Of a stretch of DNA of 64,000 nt, positions 27,801 to 39,939 are shown piece by piece. A program made the translations under genes and the position numbers. This DNA comes from Camelus ferus (taxonomy: Eukaryota): the NCBI RefSeq assembly GCF_009834535.1, contig NC_045696.1:47246001-47310000 (forward strand), read 5' to 3'. The number at the start of each line of letters is the position of its first letter. The first letter of the stretch is position 1. Below the pieces are notes generated by a model, which ran no database searches, was not told the origin of the DNA, and worked only from the letters and a program-made list of their open reading frames with translations.

Positions 27801-28267
27801 TCTCTGTGGAGGGGAACAGATGGCTAAGAGAAGGGAGTAAAAGGGATAACCATGTATCTTTTTTCTTTTTACATTTAAAAAATAATATATTTTTAGTATA
27901 GTTTTAGACGTAGAGAATAATTATGCAGGTAGAGTTCCATATACTTACCCACCTCATGGTACATTTGCACCATGCATAAGTGTGGTATATTTATTACAAT
28001 TAATGCACCAATACTGATATAACCATAATTTACAGTTTACATTAAGGTTCACTCTTTGTGTTGCAGAGTTCCATGGAATTATTTTGACAAGTGAATGTCA
28101 TGTATCCACTACTGCAGTATCATACAGATCCTTTCACTGCACTAAAAAGTTCCTATGCTCCACCTTTTTATCAATCCTCTCAGCTATTCACACCCCCAGC
28201 TCTGGCAAACACTGCTGTTTACTGTTGCTATAGTTTTTACTTTTGCAGTATGTCATGTGGTTGAAAT

Positions 28268-28578
28268 TGTAACCCAGAAAAGACTACCAGTTATTTAACC
28301 TAACAAAAATTGGTTTATTTGGGATCAATAGAGTTGCAATTTCTGGTTTGCAACTATGGTGAGACACATGCAAGTCCCCACACAGCAAAGGAGCTCTTTT
28401 ACAGAAAGCAAAAGAAAATTGGGAGGGCTATAGTAAACAAAGAGTCCATGGCTTTTGATTGGTTGAGCTGTTGGCCAGAAAGAACTGTTGGGCTCTGCTG
28501 TTGTCATAGGGTATGAGCACTCCCCATTCTGGCCTCTCAACTGTATTTTAATTGTGATTTCTGTTTATTAATTTTTCA
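28268..28578 (-). mobile_element. Solo LTR (about 311 bp) inserted in L1
   Basis: TG...CA termini, near-identical 4-bp flanks aaat/gaat, minus-strand AATAAA near 28315-28320; host L1 rejoins across it. Confidence 0.65.
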
Positions 28579-28804
28579 GAATCATACACTATGTAGACTT
28601 TCAGACTGGCTTCTTTCACTTGGTAATATGCACTTAAGTTTCCTCCATGTCTTTTCATGGCTTGAGAGCTCATTTCTTTTTATTGCTGAATAATATTCCA
28701 TTGTAACAGATGTAACAGTTTATTAAATCATCTTTGGTCGTGGCTTATGATTCTTTTGAAACATTATTGGATTCAATTTGCTAATTTTTGTTGAGGATTT
28801 TTGT

Positions 28805-29207
28805 GCAGGATTTTATTGCACTTCCCAGATGCTGCATTTTTGGACAAATTGGTTTGTGGCAACCATGCTTTGAGCAATTCTATCAGCACTATTTTTCCAA
28901 CAGCATTTGCTCACTTTGTGCCTCTATGTAACATTTTGATAATTCTCACAATATTTCAAACTTTTCCATTATTGTATTTTTTTGGTGATCTGTGATCTTT
29001 GCTGTTAGTATTAAAATTTGTTTTTTGTTTTCTATTTTTAAATTATGTACATTTTTTAGACATAATGCTATTGCACACATACTAGAGTATAAACATAACT
29101 TTTATATGCACTGGAAAGCCAAAAAATTAGTGACTCACTTTACTGTTATATTTGCTTTATTAGCAGTGGTCTGGAACAGAACTTGCGATATATCCAACGT
29201 ATGCCTG
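28805..29207. mobile_element. Tigger1-like internally deleted DNA transposon
   Basis: tttttagacataatgctattgcacac...gtggtctggaacagaacttgcgatatatccaacgtatgcctg matches the Tigger1 end. Confidence 0.75.
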
Positions 29208-29609
29208 ATCTATGTTCATGAGATACTGATCTATAGTTTTCCTTTCTTGCTTGTTGGTTTTAGTCTTAGGGTAATGATGGCCTCATAGAATGATAATGCT
29301 TCTATATTCTGGGAGGGAATGTAGAGAATTTGTGTCATTTCTCTTAAATGTTTAGTAGAATTCACCAGTGAAACCATCTTGGTCTGATGCTGTTTTGGAA
29401 GTTTAGTAATTATTGCTTTAATTTCTTTGATACAGTGCTATTCATAGTATCCATTTCTCCTGTGTGAATTTTAGTAGCTTGTGTCTTTCAAGAAATGGGC
29501 CCATTTCATCAAAGTCATTAAATCTGTAGGCACAGAGATGCTCATAATATTCTTTCACTATCTTTTCATATTCACAGGATCAGTAGTGATGACCACTCTT
29601 TGATTTAGT

Positions 29610-30200
29610 GGGCCTGTGGCCCTGGGATATAACTGTTATAAGTGCTTCTCAGCTTTGTTTCTCCCTTAGGTGAGACCTGAAGGCTAAAAGGGGCCAGAGT
29701 TAGGTAATTATCCTTCCCCCAAGTCTGATAAGGCTCCAGGGAGTTTTTCCTTGTTAGATAGAACTTTGTTATAGAAAATGTCCTGGGCTTATTTCAAAAG
29801 GATTACTTTCCTTCTCCACCTGGCCAAACATGGGAGGAGTTTCCTCTGATCTTTACATGAGAACCTGGTGAGGCTCCCAGAAGTAAAACTCAGGAACATG
29901 TTAAAAGTACGGGGTTCCCAGGAGTTTATAACTCTCAAGCATGTTCACCTGTACAGCCTCCAGCAATTAATCAAAGTTATTAAGTGTTCCTACCACACTT
30001 TTGCTGTAGATAAGTTGACCTATATTCTCTGTACTGTTTGTCTCTCCAGTTTTGAGGTGGTGGTTAGTCCTGTGACCTCAATCCTCTGATGAATCTAAGA
30101 AAAAAATACTGATTTTTTTCTGTTCATTCAGCTTTTTTCTCGTGAGTGTGGGAAAGACAACTTCCAAGCTCTTTACATGTTTGAAGCGGAAACTGGAAGT
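29610..30200 (-). mobile_element. Old L1 5' region fragment
   Basis: gatgaatctaagaaaa...ttgattttttc tgttcattcagcttttttct...acttccaagctctttacatg resembles the reverse L1M 5' end. Confidence 0.55.
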
Positions 30201-33200
30201 CGAAGAATCTTTTCTTAAATTTTGTACTACGTGCTTACATAATCTATTTATTTCCCCCACTCCTTCCTCAAACAGAGAATCTCACTCACAGTTGTTAAAA
30301 CTAAGGTGCTACTATTGTCCACACTACATTTGATTAATATGAAATCAGCATTGAACTAACCATACAAAGAAACACGGCTCCTGGAAATATTAGCAGAATG
30401 ATCAGAAGTTAAGTACCCACACAGGCATCATAGAAAATGAGACATTTTACTACCTGGGTCAATCCACAACATCAATACCTTGAGTCTCTCATTCAGATTA
30501 GTAGCTCAAAGACAGCAACAGTTCAAGTCATGGCTTCAATCAGTCTAAGCTCAAGGGTATTTGCAGGAAATACCACTCAGACTAAATGGCTCAGGGTGAC
30601 GTTGCTTATTCTCTTAGTATTTCTGCACAGCTGGTTTCAAACATGTATTACTATGTTATCTCTCCTCTTTATACTATACAAATTTCCAATATTCTTGTAA
30701 CTCTTCCTTGATAGTACAACTAAAGGCTTATATTTTCATTATCTCTGTAAACACAATGCATAAATCTTTTCTTTAGGATACATGGCCCTAAACATGTTTG
30801 GACTTCTTTAAAGAGGCTAATATTAATATGAAAATGACATTTCTACATAGAAATATTAACATAGAATAAACTCTAATTTACATTAAGTGGGAAATCAATG
30901 AGGCTATTACACATACGTGGCTTAAGTAAACAAGTATCTTTTTTAAAGCTTATTTGCTTTTAGCATTCGTAAGTCTGTCAAAAGAGCTAGGGATATAACA
31001 GATTCCAAATCCTAGACATGTTATTTTGTTACTAAAATTTGGCAGACTTTTCTCAACTATGTCTTTCCTTCATCCTCTCTTGCAGGAAATTAAATAACAA
31101 TGTACAAATTCACAATGAATTTAGTAAATATATTCATCAGCTGGAAAAGGCTGTGACATCATTGAGGGCTAATTTCAAGTATGAAAAGATACTTCTTTCA
31201 AAGAGAAAAATGTTTACCTTAATACTGCTAAGAACATCTACTTAATAGAAGTAAATTAAGTAGAAGAGCAACCTAGACTAGCTTTAGTCAATAAAATTGT
31301 TATCCTAGCTGTAGACAAGAATACTTTGATTTAACTTCTAGTACTAACCCTGCACTACTTTTGAAAAAGCAGAATCTTTACCATTAATTTTACTTTTTAC
31401 AACAGCCCACAGGTTTGAGGAGAACTTAGAAACTATGGACAAAGGAACTAAAGGTTTCTATTCCATTCTTCTAAAAGGGTTTAGATAAACATTTCCTGAA
31501 AATCTACTAAATGCCATGACCTTTATTTGTATATATTAAAATGTAACAATACTATAAAGTACATATTATCCTCATTTTACAGATGACACTTTCCTTAGGT
31601 AGACCCAGAAGTTAAATTTAGATGTGGTTACAAAACTTGTATTTTGAAACATGGTTTTAAAACATTAAAGTAACACTTATTTAAAAATTTTAGAAGTAAA
31701 CAACAAATTCAAACTTAAATTCATTACTCAGAGGCAACCACTGTTCACCATTTAGAATAAACGTATGTATACCTACATATTTATACATACCTATATATCT
31801 TAGAGATACGCAGATAAGTGAATCAGTGGCTTCCTGCTTCCTCCACTTAACACAATAGGAACCTCTTTCCATGTAAATATTTCAGTATCTTTTTAAAAAG
31901 GTTACACATTATTCTATTGAATGACTGTACTTACACATGATTAATTAATCTCCTCTGACTGTACACATGGACTGTCTCCAATTTTGTGCCACAATAAACA
32001 CTGCAATATTACTGTACCTAAATCTTAGTACATATCCTTATTTCCTTCAGATAAATTCCCAGAGGTGAAACTGCCCATAATACATGTTCTTTAATCACAT
32101 ATCAGTTTGTGTTTGAATCATGAGGCCTCTTTTCTGAAAATGCAACATAAAATGCAGTATTAAATATCTTTGTGAAACTCAAGGGGTCTGGGCTCACTGT
32201 TCTTTAAAAATCCAGTTCTAACATTCTGATTACTGTTAGTTTTATACAAATTAGTCTGTAGTAAATACTAGTCTTTATTTGTGGGTAAAGAAAAACCCTG
32301 TGTAATTGAACATAACTATGTTATCTTTTCCAAGGGCTAGTCGTAAGCCTTTTTATTTGAAGTTTGAGAAAAGCATGAGACTACTCTAATGCACTGTATC
32401 TTTTGGCTAAGTGAGATGAAATATAACTCTTGGAATAGGAGTGTAGATAATGTAACTGAGAGGCAGAATCATGTTCACTACTAAATTCCCGCCAAATGCT
32501 CAGCTACTTAGTGAAATATCAGTTTTTAATAACATAATGAAACTGTAACTTAGCCTACTCTATTGACTTTGAAAATGTCATTCTCTTATGCAGCACTGGC
32601 TGGATAAAAAAAGCCCTTTGCTATGTATTCTAGGATTATCTATGTTTTTTGAAATACCAAGAACATATGAATGCTAGGTCCTTGGGGAATTAGATAACTA
32701 AAACAGTGCATTTAATTGGGAAAAAAGATAACCATTTCTGCTCCTCACATTTAATTCCGTTTTGAAGGGCTATTTGTAGCTCAACGTGCAAAAGAGCTGG
32801 GTTCTGTGAATTATGGTACCTCTTCATTCATGGTGATAATTAAGTTTTCTCTGGGTATTTTTGAAATGCTTTGATAAACACAAGCATAGACAAAACAGGC
32901 CTTTTTGCACAACAGGAAGGAAGTCAATTAGCTACAAAATGCTAAGTAGAGTAAGACTATGTGATTTTAAAACAATTTGCAGATTCAAAAGAACTCATGA
33001 TTTTTTTATTTTTATAATGTTTCCTCTCAATTTATGGATTACAGAGGCATATAATTTCAAATGCTTATCAGGCTCATTATCTATATTATAAAAATGAAAT
33101 AAACCATCTACCTTTCAAAGGTATAGGTCATGTTTTTTATTTGTTCATTTTAATTCTTTTTTAAAAATTTACTATCTTGAGTGTAAGCTCACTGAATGCT

Positions 33201-33619
33201 GAAAATAGTTTCTTAACCCAAAAGATTTATTTATCATTATGGGTAATATGCGTTTAATATTTATTGCAGATCATTGAGAGAGTCAAGGCAAGTGACTGAA
33301 ATAGAATCTTATGACCTAAATGAGCAATTCTCAAATTAGGGGGTCTGGGAAGGAAAATAATATCAAAAAGGCCCTGTGGTTTAAAAAAATATTCAATATG
33401 CTTAACATACATATTATTTATTCTCTTAAACTACAGAAAACAAATCCCAAGTTCTTGGCTTGTGAGAATATGCACACAAAAAAGTACATACTCTTTATGA
33501 GTTATAAAACTGTAAGCACTATATTTAAATTTTGTCAACAATGTAATAATGCAATTTCAATTGCTATTCCCAGTATATCATAATATTAAGAAAATATTCA
33601 GTATACTTCCATTAAAAAA

Positions 33620-34300
33620 GTGGAAGAAAATAACCATTTGACAACCATCAGAGTAATGACTGATTCAAGCGAGAATCTCAATGGACACTAAAACCATTGA
33701 GTGAAAGTTGGAAGAAACAGTGTATTTGCAGTATCTTCCCATAAGTTACTTATTATTTCCAAAGGGAAAAAACAAGTAATGTTACATTGAAGACACCACT
33801 TTGTGTGTATTATTGTGTGCAAATAGGTAAATATAGTATGGTGTTGAAAGGCATTTCTGTATAATTGTTTTAAGCAAAAAAATCAAATATTGCTTTGGGG
33901 GTCAATAATGCTTAAGCATAAAGGATAAGGAGAGGTTAAAAGGACCCACAGAGTTGCAAGGTTTCTACATTTTACATTAAGTAGTGCAATACTAACTCCA
34001 AGTGAACTGTGAAAGTTAAGGACTTATTTGTCAAAAATAGGTTTAAAAAAAAAAAAAAGCAAGACCCCAAACAACATACTATCCACAAGTTATGCACTTT
34101 ATAAACAAAGACACAGGATAAAAGTAAACTGTTAAAAAAAAAAAAAGATATACCAGGCCAAAAGAAAACATAAAGGTTAGAGTAGCTAGATAAATATCAA
34201 ATAAAATAGATGACAAGACAAAGATTACCAAAGATAAAGAGATACATTTCTTAATGGTAAAAGGGTCAAATTAATCAGTAATAAGATACAACATTTAACA
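33620..34300 (+). mobile_element. Old L1 fragments
   Basis: L1 endonuclease-like decay (agcaagacccc, aagatataccaggc, aaagataaagagatacatttc, taaaagggtcaaatt). Confidence 0.55.
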
Positions 34301-34309
34301 ACAAAGCTT

Positions 34310-34492
34310 TAATTGTTTTTGTAAATAAAATTTGATTGGAACATGGCCCTGCCCATTTGTTTACATACTGTGGATAGCCGCTTTCATGCTACAATTGCAG
34401 AGATAAGTAGTTGTAGGAGAGACTGTTAAGTCTCACGAAGCCTGAAATATTTACTACCTGGTCCTTTACAGAAAATGTTTGCTGATTCCTGC
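34310..34492. mobile_element. MER58A-like hAT-Charlie element
   Basis: tttgtaaataaaatttgattggaaca...aaatatttactacctggtcctttacagaaaatgtttgctgattcctg. Confidence 0.75.
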
Positions 34493-35208
34493 AAAAGAAT
34501 TAAGTCACAAACAGAACATGTGTATTGTCTAACAGTAGATAAGTCAAAAACAAAGTTATAAATACAATTCATAACTGAAAAGAGGAAAAGAAAAAAAAAA
34601 AACAAAGTAAAATAAGGTCATGTGTTTTTTAGGAAATACACCTTGATTAGAGGTACCTGTAACACATATGAATAAGCTTCAAGTAGAAGTTGAAATTCAG
34701 GCACATTTTCATTTAACTTACAGTCCCAATTCAAGACAATCTCATTATATCCTTAATGTAAATAACTACTCTTTATAACATAAATAAAGCTGAAAGGTAA
34801 TTAATCTGACAATTTCCCCCCAAATACAGCATTAAGTTTTAATGAGTATTTTTTTGCCCTGACATTAAATAGATGGCAGTTTAGTATAAACTCCAATCAC
34901 CCAAATTTTAAGGAAAGTCTATTTGTTCAAGGAGCAAATGCAAATGATATAAGGAACTGTGTTAACATATATTTGAATTCAAACTCTTCATCGCAAAATT
35001 TTTAGAGAATTTGAACAATTCTAATATAATGAAGCATTTACTTAGTTTTTTCTCTCCATTAGGAAATGGGTGCACACACATAGAAATCACTTATAAAGCC
35101 CTGACTTATGGTAGTGGCTCAAACTTGCTTAAAATACTTTTAAAAAGAGGAAAAAAATACACACACATACACACATATACTCGTTTTTAATCTGAGGTAC
35201 ATGGAACC

Positions 35209-35232
35209 AAAAACAAAACAAAACAAAACAAA
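35209..35232 (+). repeat. (AAAAC)n microsatellite
   Basis: aaaaacaaaacaaaacaaaacaaa read directly. Confidence 0.8.
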
Positions 35233-35530
35233 GTACCCAATGCCCAACGTAGTAAGGTCAAGAAAAACAACAGGAACAATATGAAAGATGCTACAAGAGA
35301 CAGAAAGACTAGGAAAAAAAAAGATGTGAAGAAGAGTGACGATTAGTACTCACCTTTAAAGCTGAAATATAATTCTTCCTCTTCAGAGAGGAGATTAGGA
35401 TTAACAGATTAAAATGATTGTTACTTAAAAAAAGGCTGAAACATATACAGACTCTCTGCTTATATAGGTCTTTAAGAATAGGCATACTGAATGGTTTAAA
35501 TAAATGCACACTTGCAAGAATGGACTAGAT

Positions 35531-35705
35531 CTGCACTGTCCAGTAGGATGGCAATTCAAATTAAACAAAATTAAAAATTCAGTTCTTCCATTGTACTAGC
35601 CACATTTTAAGTGCTCAGTAGTCACATGTGGCTAAAGGCTTTGGTATTGGAGAATGTAAATACAGAACACTTTCATCATCACAAAAAAGTTCTATTGGGC
35701 AGCAA
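35531..35705. mobile_element. MER3-like hAT-Charlie element
   Basis: ctgcactgtccagta...ctagccacattttaagtgctcagtagtcacatgtggcta...agttctattgggcagc. Confidence 0.75.
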
Positions 35706-35778
35706 TGGGCTGGGCTCAGTGTCTTGAGATGTCTAAATTATAAAGTGAGCTTGATTTTCCCTAGAGCTTTTTGGTCCA

Positions 35779-35812
35779 TTTATTTATTTTACAGAACTTG
35801 TTGGTTTTTATT
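35779..35812 (-). terminator. CIP2A: Candidate CIP2A polyadenylation signal cluster
   Basis: Minus-strand AATAAA at 35807-35812 and overlapping AATAAATAAA at 35779-35788, about 1.5 kb past the stop; ATTAAA variants also lie nearer the stop. Confidence 0.5.
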
Positions 35813-36693
35813 TTTACAGAGCCTTTTGCTCTTCAGTCAAATCTATCCATTTAAACATTTTCATATTAAATTGAAAATGCATGCAGTTTCAAAAGAGAAA
35901 TAGAATGTACCCCTTATAGAATGAGTACCAATTTAAAATGCTACACAGCACAATGCTTTTTTAAAAAGTCTGCACAAAATGTATACAAATACATAAAACC
36001 ATTATCTGATATTTAATATAATTAGTGAATCATGAAAATATATTTATGTTTAATTTCTAAATATAAATTTAGATATACGGTTGAAAAACAGAAGTAAATC
36101 TAAGGTTTGCTCAAGTCAAATAGAGATACAAATAGTGAAGAAAGCACCAAGTACAGCCAATGGTTGTCAGAGTACAGCAATAAAATCAACTAAAACATTA
36201 GTATGAAAATTTAACTACTGCTTAGAACATTCGATTCAATAAAGAATCCTGAAAAATTCCCTTGTATTTAATACATGAATGAGGATATTTAACTTATGCT
36301 TTAAAATTCAATGGCCTAATTGAAGGCTATTTAAATGAAAGACTATATTAAATGAAATTCACATCAAAATTAACAACAAATAATATGTTTCTCGATATGT
36401 AGCAAGGGTAGAATCCAAGCTATCTGTATGTAAATTATAAAATCATAATTAATTAAAAATGATAAGGGTAGGCCAACGTGCAACATTTCAGAGAGTAAAA
36501 CTAAAGCTATCCATAAATAATTCTATAGGTTATAGTTTTTTACGTGACAATGTAGTCACTTAACATGAGCTGTTTTCTAATTTTTATACACCATTTCTGT
36601 AAATACTCATTGCATTTTTAAAAAGTTTAGAATCTATATCATGTATCTTACTACATTTTAAATGCAGTAGTAAAGTTATCTTAAATTCACTGA

Positions 36694-36988
36694 GTGAGGG
36701 TAGTGGACTCAAATGAAGGCAGTCAAAAGGTACATACTTCCAGTCATAAGATAAATACATACCAGAGATGTAAGGTACATGTTAAATATAATTAATACTG
36801 CTTTGCCTTATAATATGGAAGTTGTTAACAGAGTAAATCCTAAGAGTTCTCATCACCAGGAAACATTTTTTTTTTTCTATTTCTTCAATGTTGTATCTAT
36901 ATGAGATGATGGATGTTCACTAAACCTGTTGCAGTCATCGTTTCATGATGTCTGTCAATTATATCTCAGTAAAACTGGCAAGAAAAAT
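36694..36988 (+). mobile_element. L1MA-like 3' terminal fragment
   Basis: agagtaaatcctaagagttctcatcac...gatgatggatgttcactaaac...gtcaattatatctcagtaaaactgg + A tail; TSD aaattcactga/aaatttactga. Confidence 0.8.
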
Positions 36989-37311
36989 AAATTTACTGAT
37001 GTCTGTTTTAAAATCTAATCATAAATGAGAATAAATATAACAAGCAGAAGATAGTGGAAAACAACTAAGGAAAAGGAAAAACCTTCAGAAAAAATAATAA
37101 TGAAGGTTAAGAAGAATATTCCAAAGTAAGAACCAAAGAAAGCTTTAAGCAATAAAATCCAGAAACAGAAAGTAAAACTTTAAGACCAAGTAAAAATATG
37201 TGTCAGATCAGGTTCTTTACTAAATTAGTAATTAGATAATACTTTGCTATTGTTTTGGAGTCACAAATTACCTTCCTTGCCCAACCTTCCCAGTAGATAA
37301 ATACATAATGT

Positions 37312-37482
<171 letters not shown>

Positions 37483-37919
37483 CTAAGGACAAGGGGTGGA
37501 AGTAGGGGAAGAAATTGAACAAAACAAATAGACAACTTAGCATGTTTTCTCTTCACAGAAACACACTTTAAGATGTCCTTATTTTTTGTTTGTAAGACAA
37601 TCGTATCAAAAGACATACATATGTACTATAACTTAGTCAACAATTATGTGGTAACTTTAAGTAATCTTAAACAATACAAATTGGGAAGAAACATTCGTAT
37701 TTTAAGTCAATGCTAGCAGCTGAAATTTTGCAGAAAATACTACAAATTACTATGTAGAAATACTGTTAAGATAACCACATTAAAGCAGAAACAGGAAATC
37801 TGTAAGTGTTATGCCTCTTCTGTCACTTATGCTGTGTAGTTTTTCGGCCTTTTAATCTTGGTCTGTTCTCGTCTTCCTGGTAGTAGATGGTCTATTCATA
37901 GCTACCACACTGAAGCAAG

Positions 37920-38170
37920 CAGGATCATGTAGACAGATCACTGGACTTAGATTCAGATTATGTAAGTCAACTTTTTCACTTAGCTATGTGACTAACCTTG
38001 AGCAAGTAACTTAACCCAAGACTCAGTTTCATTTGTAGGATGAAAATATTTTTTAATACTTAATACTTATATATTAACATATTTGTTAAAGTAAAGAAGA
38101 TTAATAAAATATTTCAAGGAGATCCTTTGCAAATTATAAAGTTCCAAACAAATATGAAGTACTATTACTA
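37920..38170 (+). mobile_element. MIR SINE
   Basis: cacttagctatgtgactaaccttgagcaagtaacttaac...ctcagtttcatttgta. Confidence 0.65.
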
Positions 38171-38518
38171 TTATCACCATCCCTACAAGCAGAGAGTTGC
38201 AGCTGTATACATACATACAGGTAGCCATTTGTATGTGACATCAAGAACTGGGAACCCCTTTCTGTATTCTTTGCCCCCTTGAAAGCAGCAAGTGCTGGAA
38301 CACAGCACACATTTAATTAATATGTAACAATTTTAGGAAATACAAGTTTTCACAGTGTGAGAGAGCCCTCATAACAAACAACTGTCAAATCACTCTAAGA
38401 TTCTATTATCTCCTAAACAAAATTACTTAAGAAACAACATTAATTTATCCAAATTCACCTTTTTCACAAAATAAGACTTTTTAATTTCATTGCAAATGAG
38501 AATGCAACAGATTCTTAC

Positions 38519-38658
38519 CTTAATGCTCAGTTCTTTTCTTATTTGTTCTGTTCTGTTTAATTCTTTTCTAAGGACACCAATGGTTTCTTCTTTATCTTCC
38601 CTTTCTCTTTGTAGGACTTTAATCTTTTCCTCTTGTACTTTTATTTTTTGTTCTAGGT
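38519..38658 (-). CDS. CIP2A: CIP2A exon 20
   Basis: aAG|(N)[51 protein letters not shown]; 140 nt. Confidence 0.96.
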
Positions 38659-39376
38659 CTTAAAACAAACAAACAGTCAGCTATATATTCAAAGGTCCTA
38701 TACTGACATTACTCTGAAAAGGTTTAGAAGCTATTATAAGAGCAAAAGAAAGACAACTACAAAGAAGAAGCAGTATCTTGCTGGAAATAAAAGTTTTACA
38801 TTACTTGATGAATTAAAAAAACCATCAAGAAACTCTTCCCCCTATGCCAGTATTCTATAGAAAATGCCAAATCTCCATGTCTTTCCCTCTTCCCTTGTTG
38901 TAAATATGATATATAGTAATGAAGGGAAAAGATATCCTCAGATTTAAGGATGAAAAAAGAAAGGGCAAAACTATGAAAAATTATATAGGTAGATGTCTGT
39001 GCTCTAAGGGAAGTGAGTTAATGTTTTTGACAATCATTTCAGCATTACTACCATTAAGAAGCTAGTAACTAAAAGCTACCTAGCACTGCCACCTGCTGTA
39101 TGTCCCTTTAATTTTTTTTTTTAATTTTAGATAGGGTAATCATTCCATATAACTCAGATTTCAAAAAAAATGTATTATTTTTTCAATTTGATCAATCTAA
39201 CTAAACTGCTTTGTGAAATGTTATGGCAGGAAAAGGAGAGCTATTTAAGATGTGATTTAAGGTTTGAAAAAATGAGAATAGAACATAATGAACAAGAATA
39301 CTAAAAACCACTCATGCTCTGATTTTCTTCCAGCACAAGATGTGTTAAAATATAGTTTATTAAATAAGCTACTTAC

Positions 39377-39459
39377 TTGCTAGTTTACACTCTCTGTCTA
39401 TTAGTTGATTCTGTACTTCTTTTCTCTGTTCTTCTTTCTCTATTAATTGAGCAATAGTT
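39377..39459 (-). CDS. CIP2A: CIP2A exon 19
   Basis: tAG|(K)[33 protein letters not shown]; 83 nt. Confidence 0.95.
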
Positions 39460-39637
39460 CTACAGTTATAAAAAAAAAAGTAGAAAACATCAATGAACTG
39501 TATCATTTTTCTTCCCAACAAGTAGTTTAAGAGGAAATTTGTAAGAATAGTAGTTACCCTTTGATTCTGCCAAATATGTACTTTATATCTAAAACAGTGA
39601 TAATTCTATTAATTTTATCTATAAAAAGCAATGTTAT

Positions 39638-39743
39638 ATGTCTTGGCTTTTGTAAATAGTGCTGCTATGAACTTAGGGTGCATGTATCTTTTTGAATCGA
39701 CACAACACTGTAAACTGACTATACTTCAGTCAAAAAAATAAAA
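39638..39743 (+). mobile_element. Short 5'-inverted L1 insertion
   Basis: Reverse-orientation ORF2-end piece (tgtaaatagtgctgctatgaac...catgtatctttt) joined to a forward L1 terminus (acacaacactgtaaactgactatacttca + A tail); TSD aaaaagcaatgttat/aaaaaccaatgttct. Confidence 0.7.
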
Positions 39744-39825
39744 AAAAACCAATGTTCTTAGTAAACTGAATCATTTTGTTTTTGAAAAATACAAAATAAT
39801 TAGAGTAGACAACTAGAGATTTTAC

Positions 39826-39939
39826 TTTTCATTTTGTTGCTTGAGTGACTCATTCAACTTTTTCACTGTCTCAATTTGTTTATTCAGAGAATCACATGTG
39901 ATGTGTAAATCTTTGTTCTTCTTTTCAGCAGTTTCATTC
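39826..39939 (-). CDS. CIP2A: CIP2A exon 18
   Basis: cAG|(R)[37 protein letters not shown](K)|GTAAA; 114 nt. Confidence 0.96.

Larger units (their letters stand above)
27880..29600 (-). mobile_element. L1 (L1MC/MD-like) fragments interrupted by an LTR and a Tigger element
   Basis: Reverse L1 motifs tacattaaggttcactcttt, gcttgagagctcatttctttttattgctgaataatattcc, agtagaattcaccagtgaaaccatct. Confidence 0.7.
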
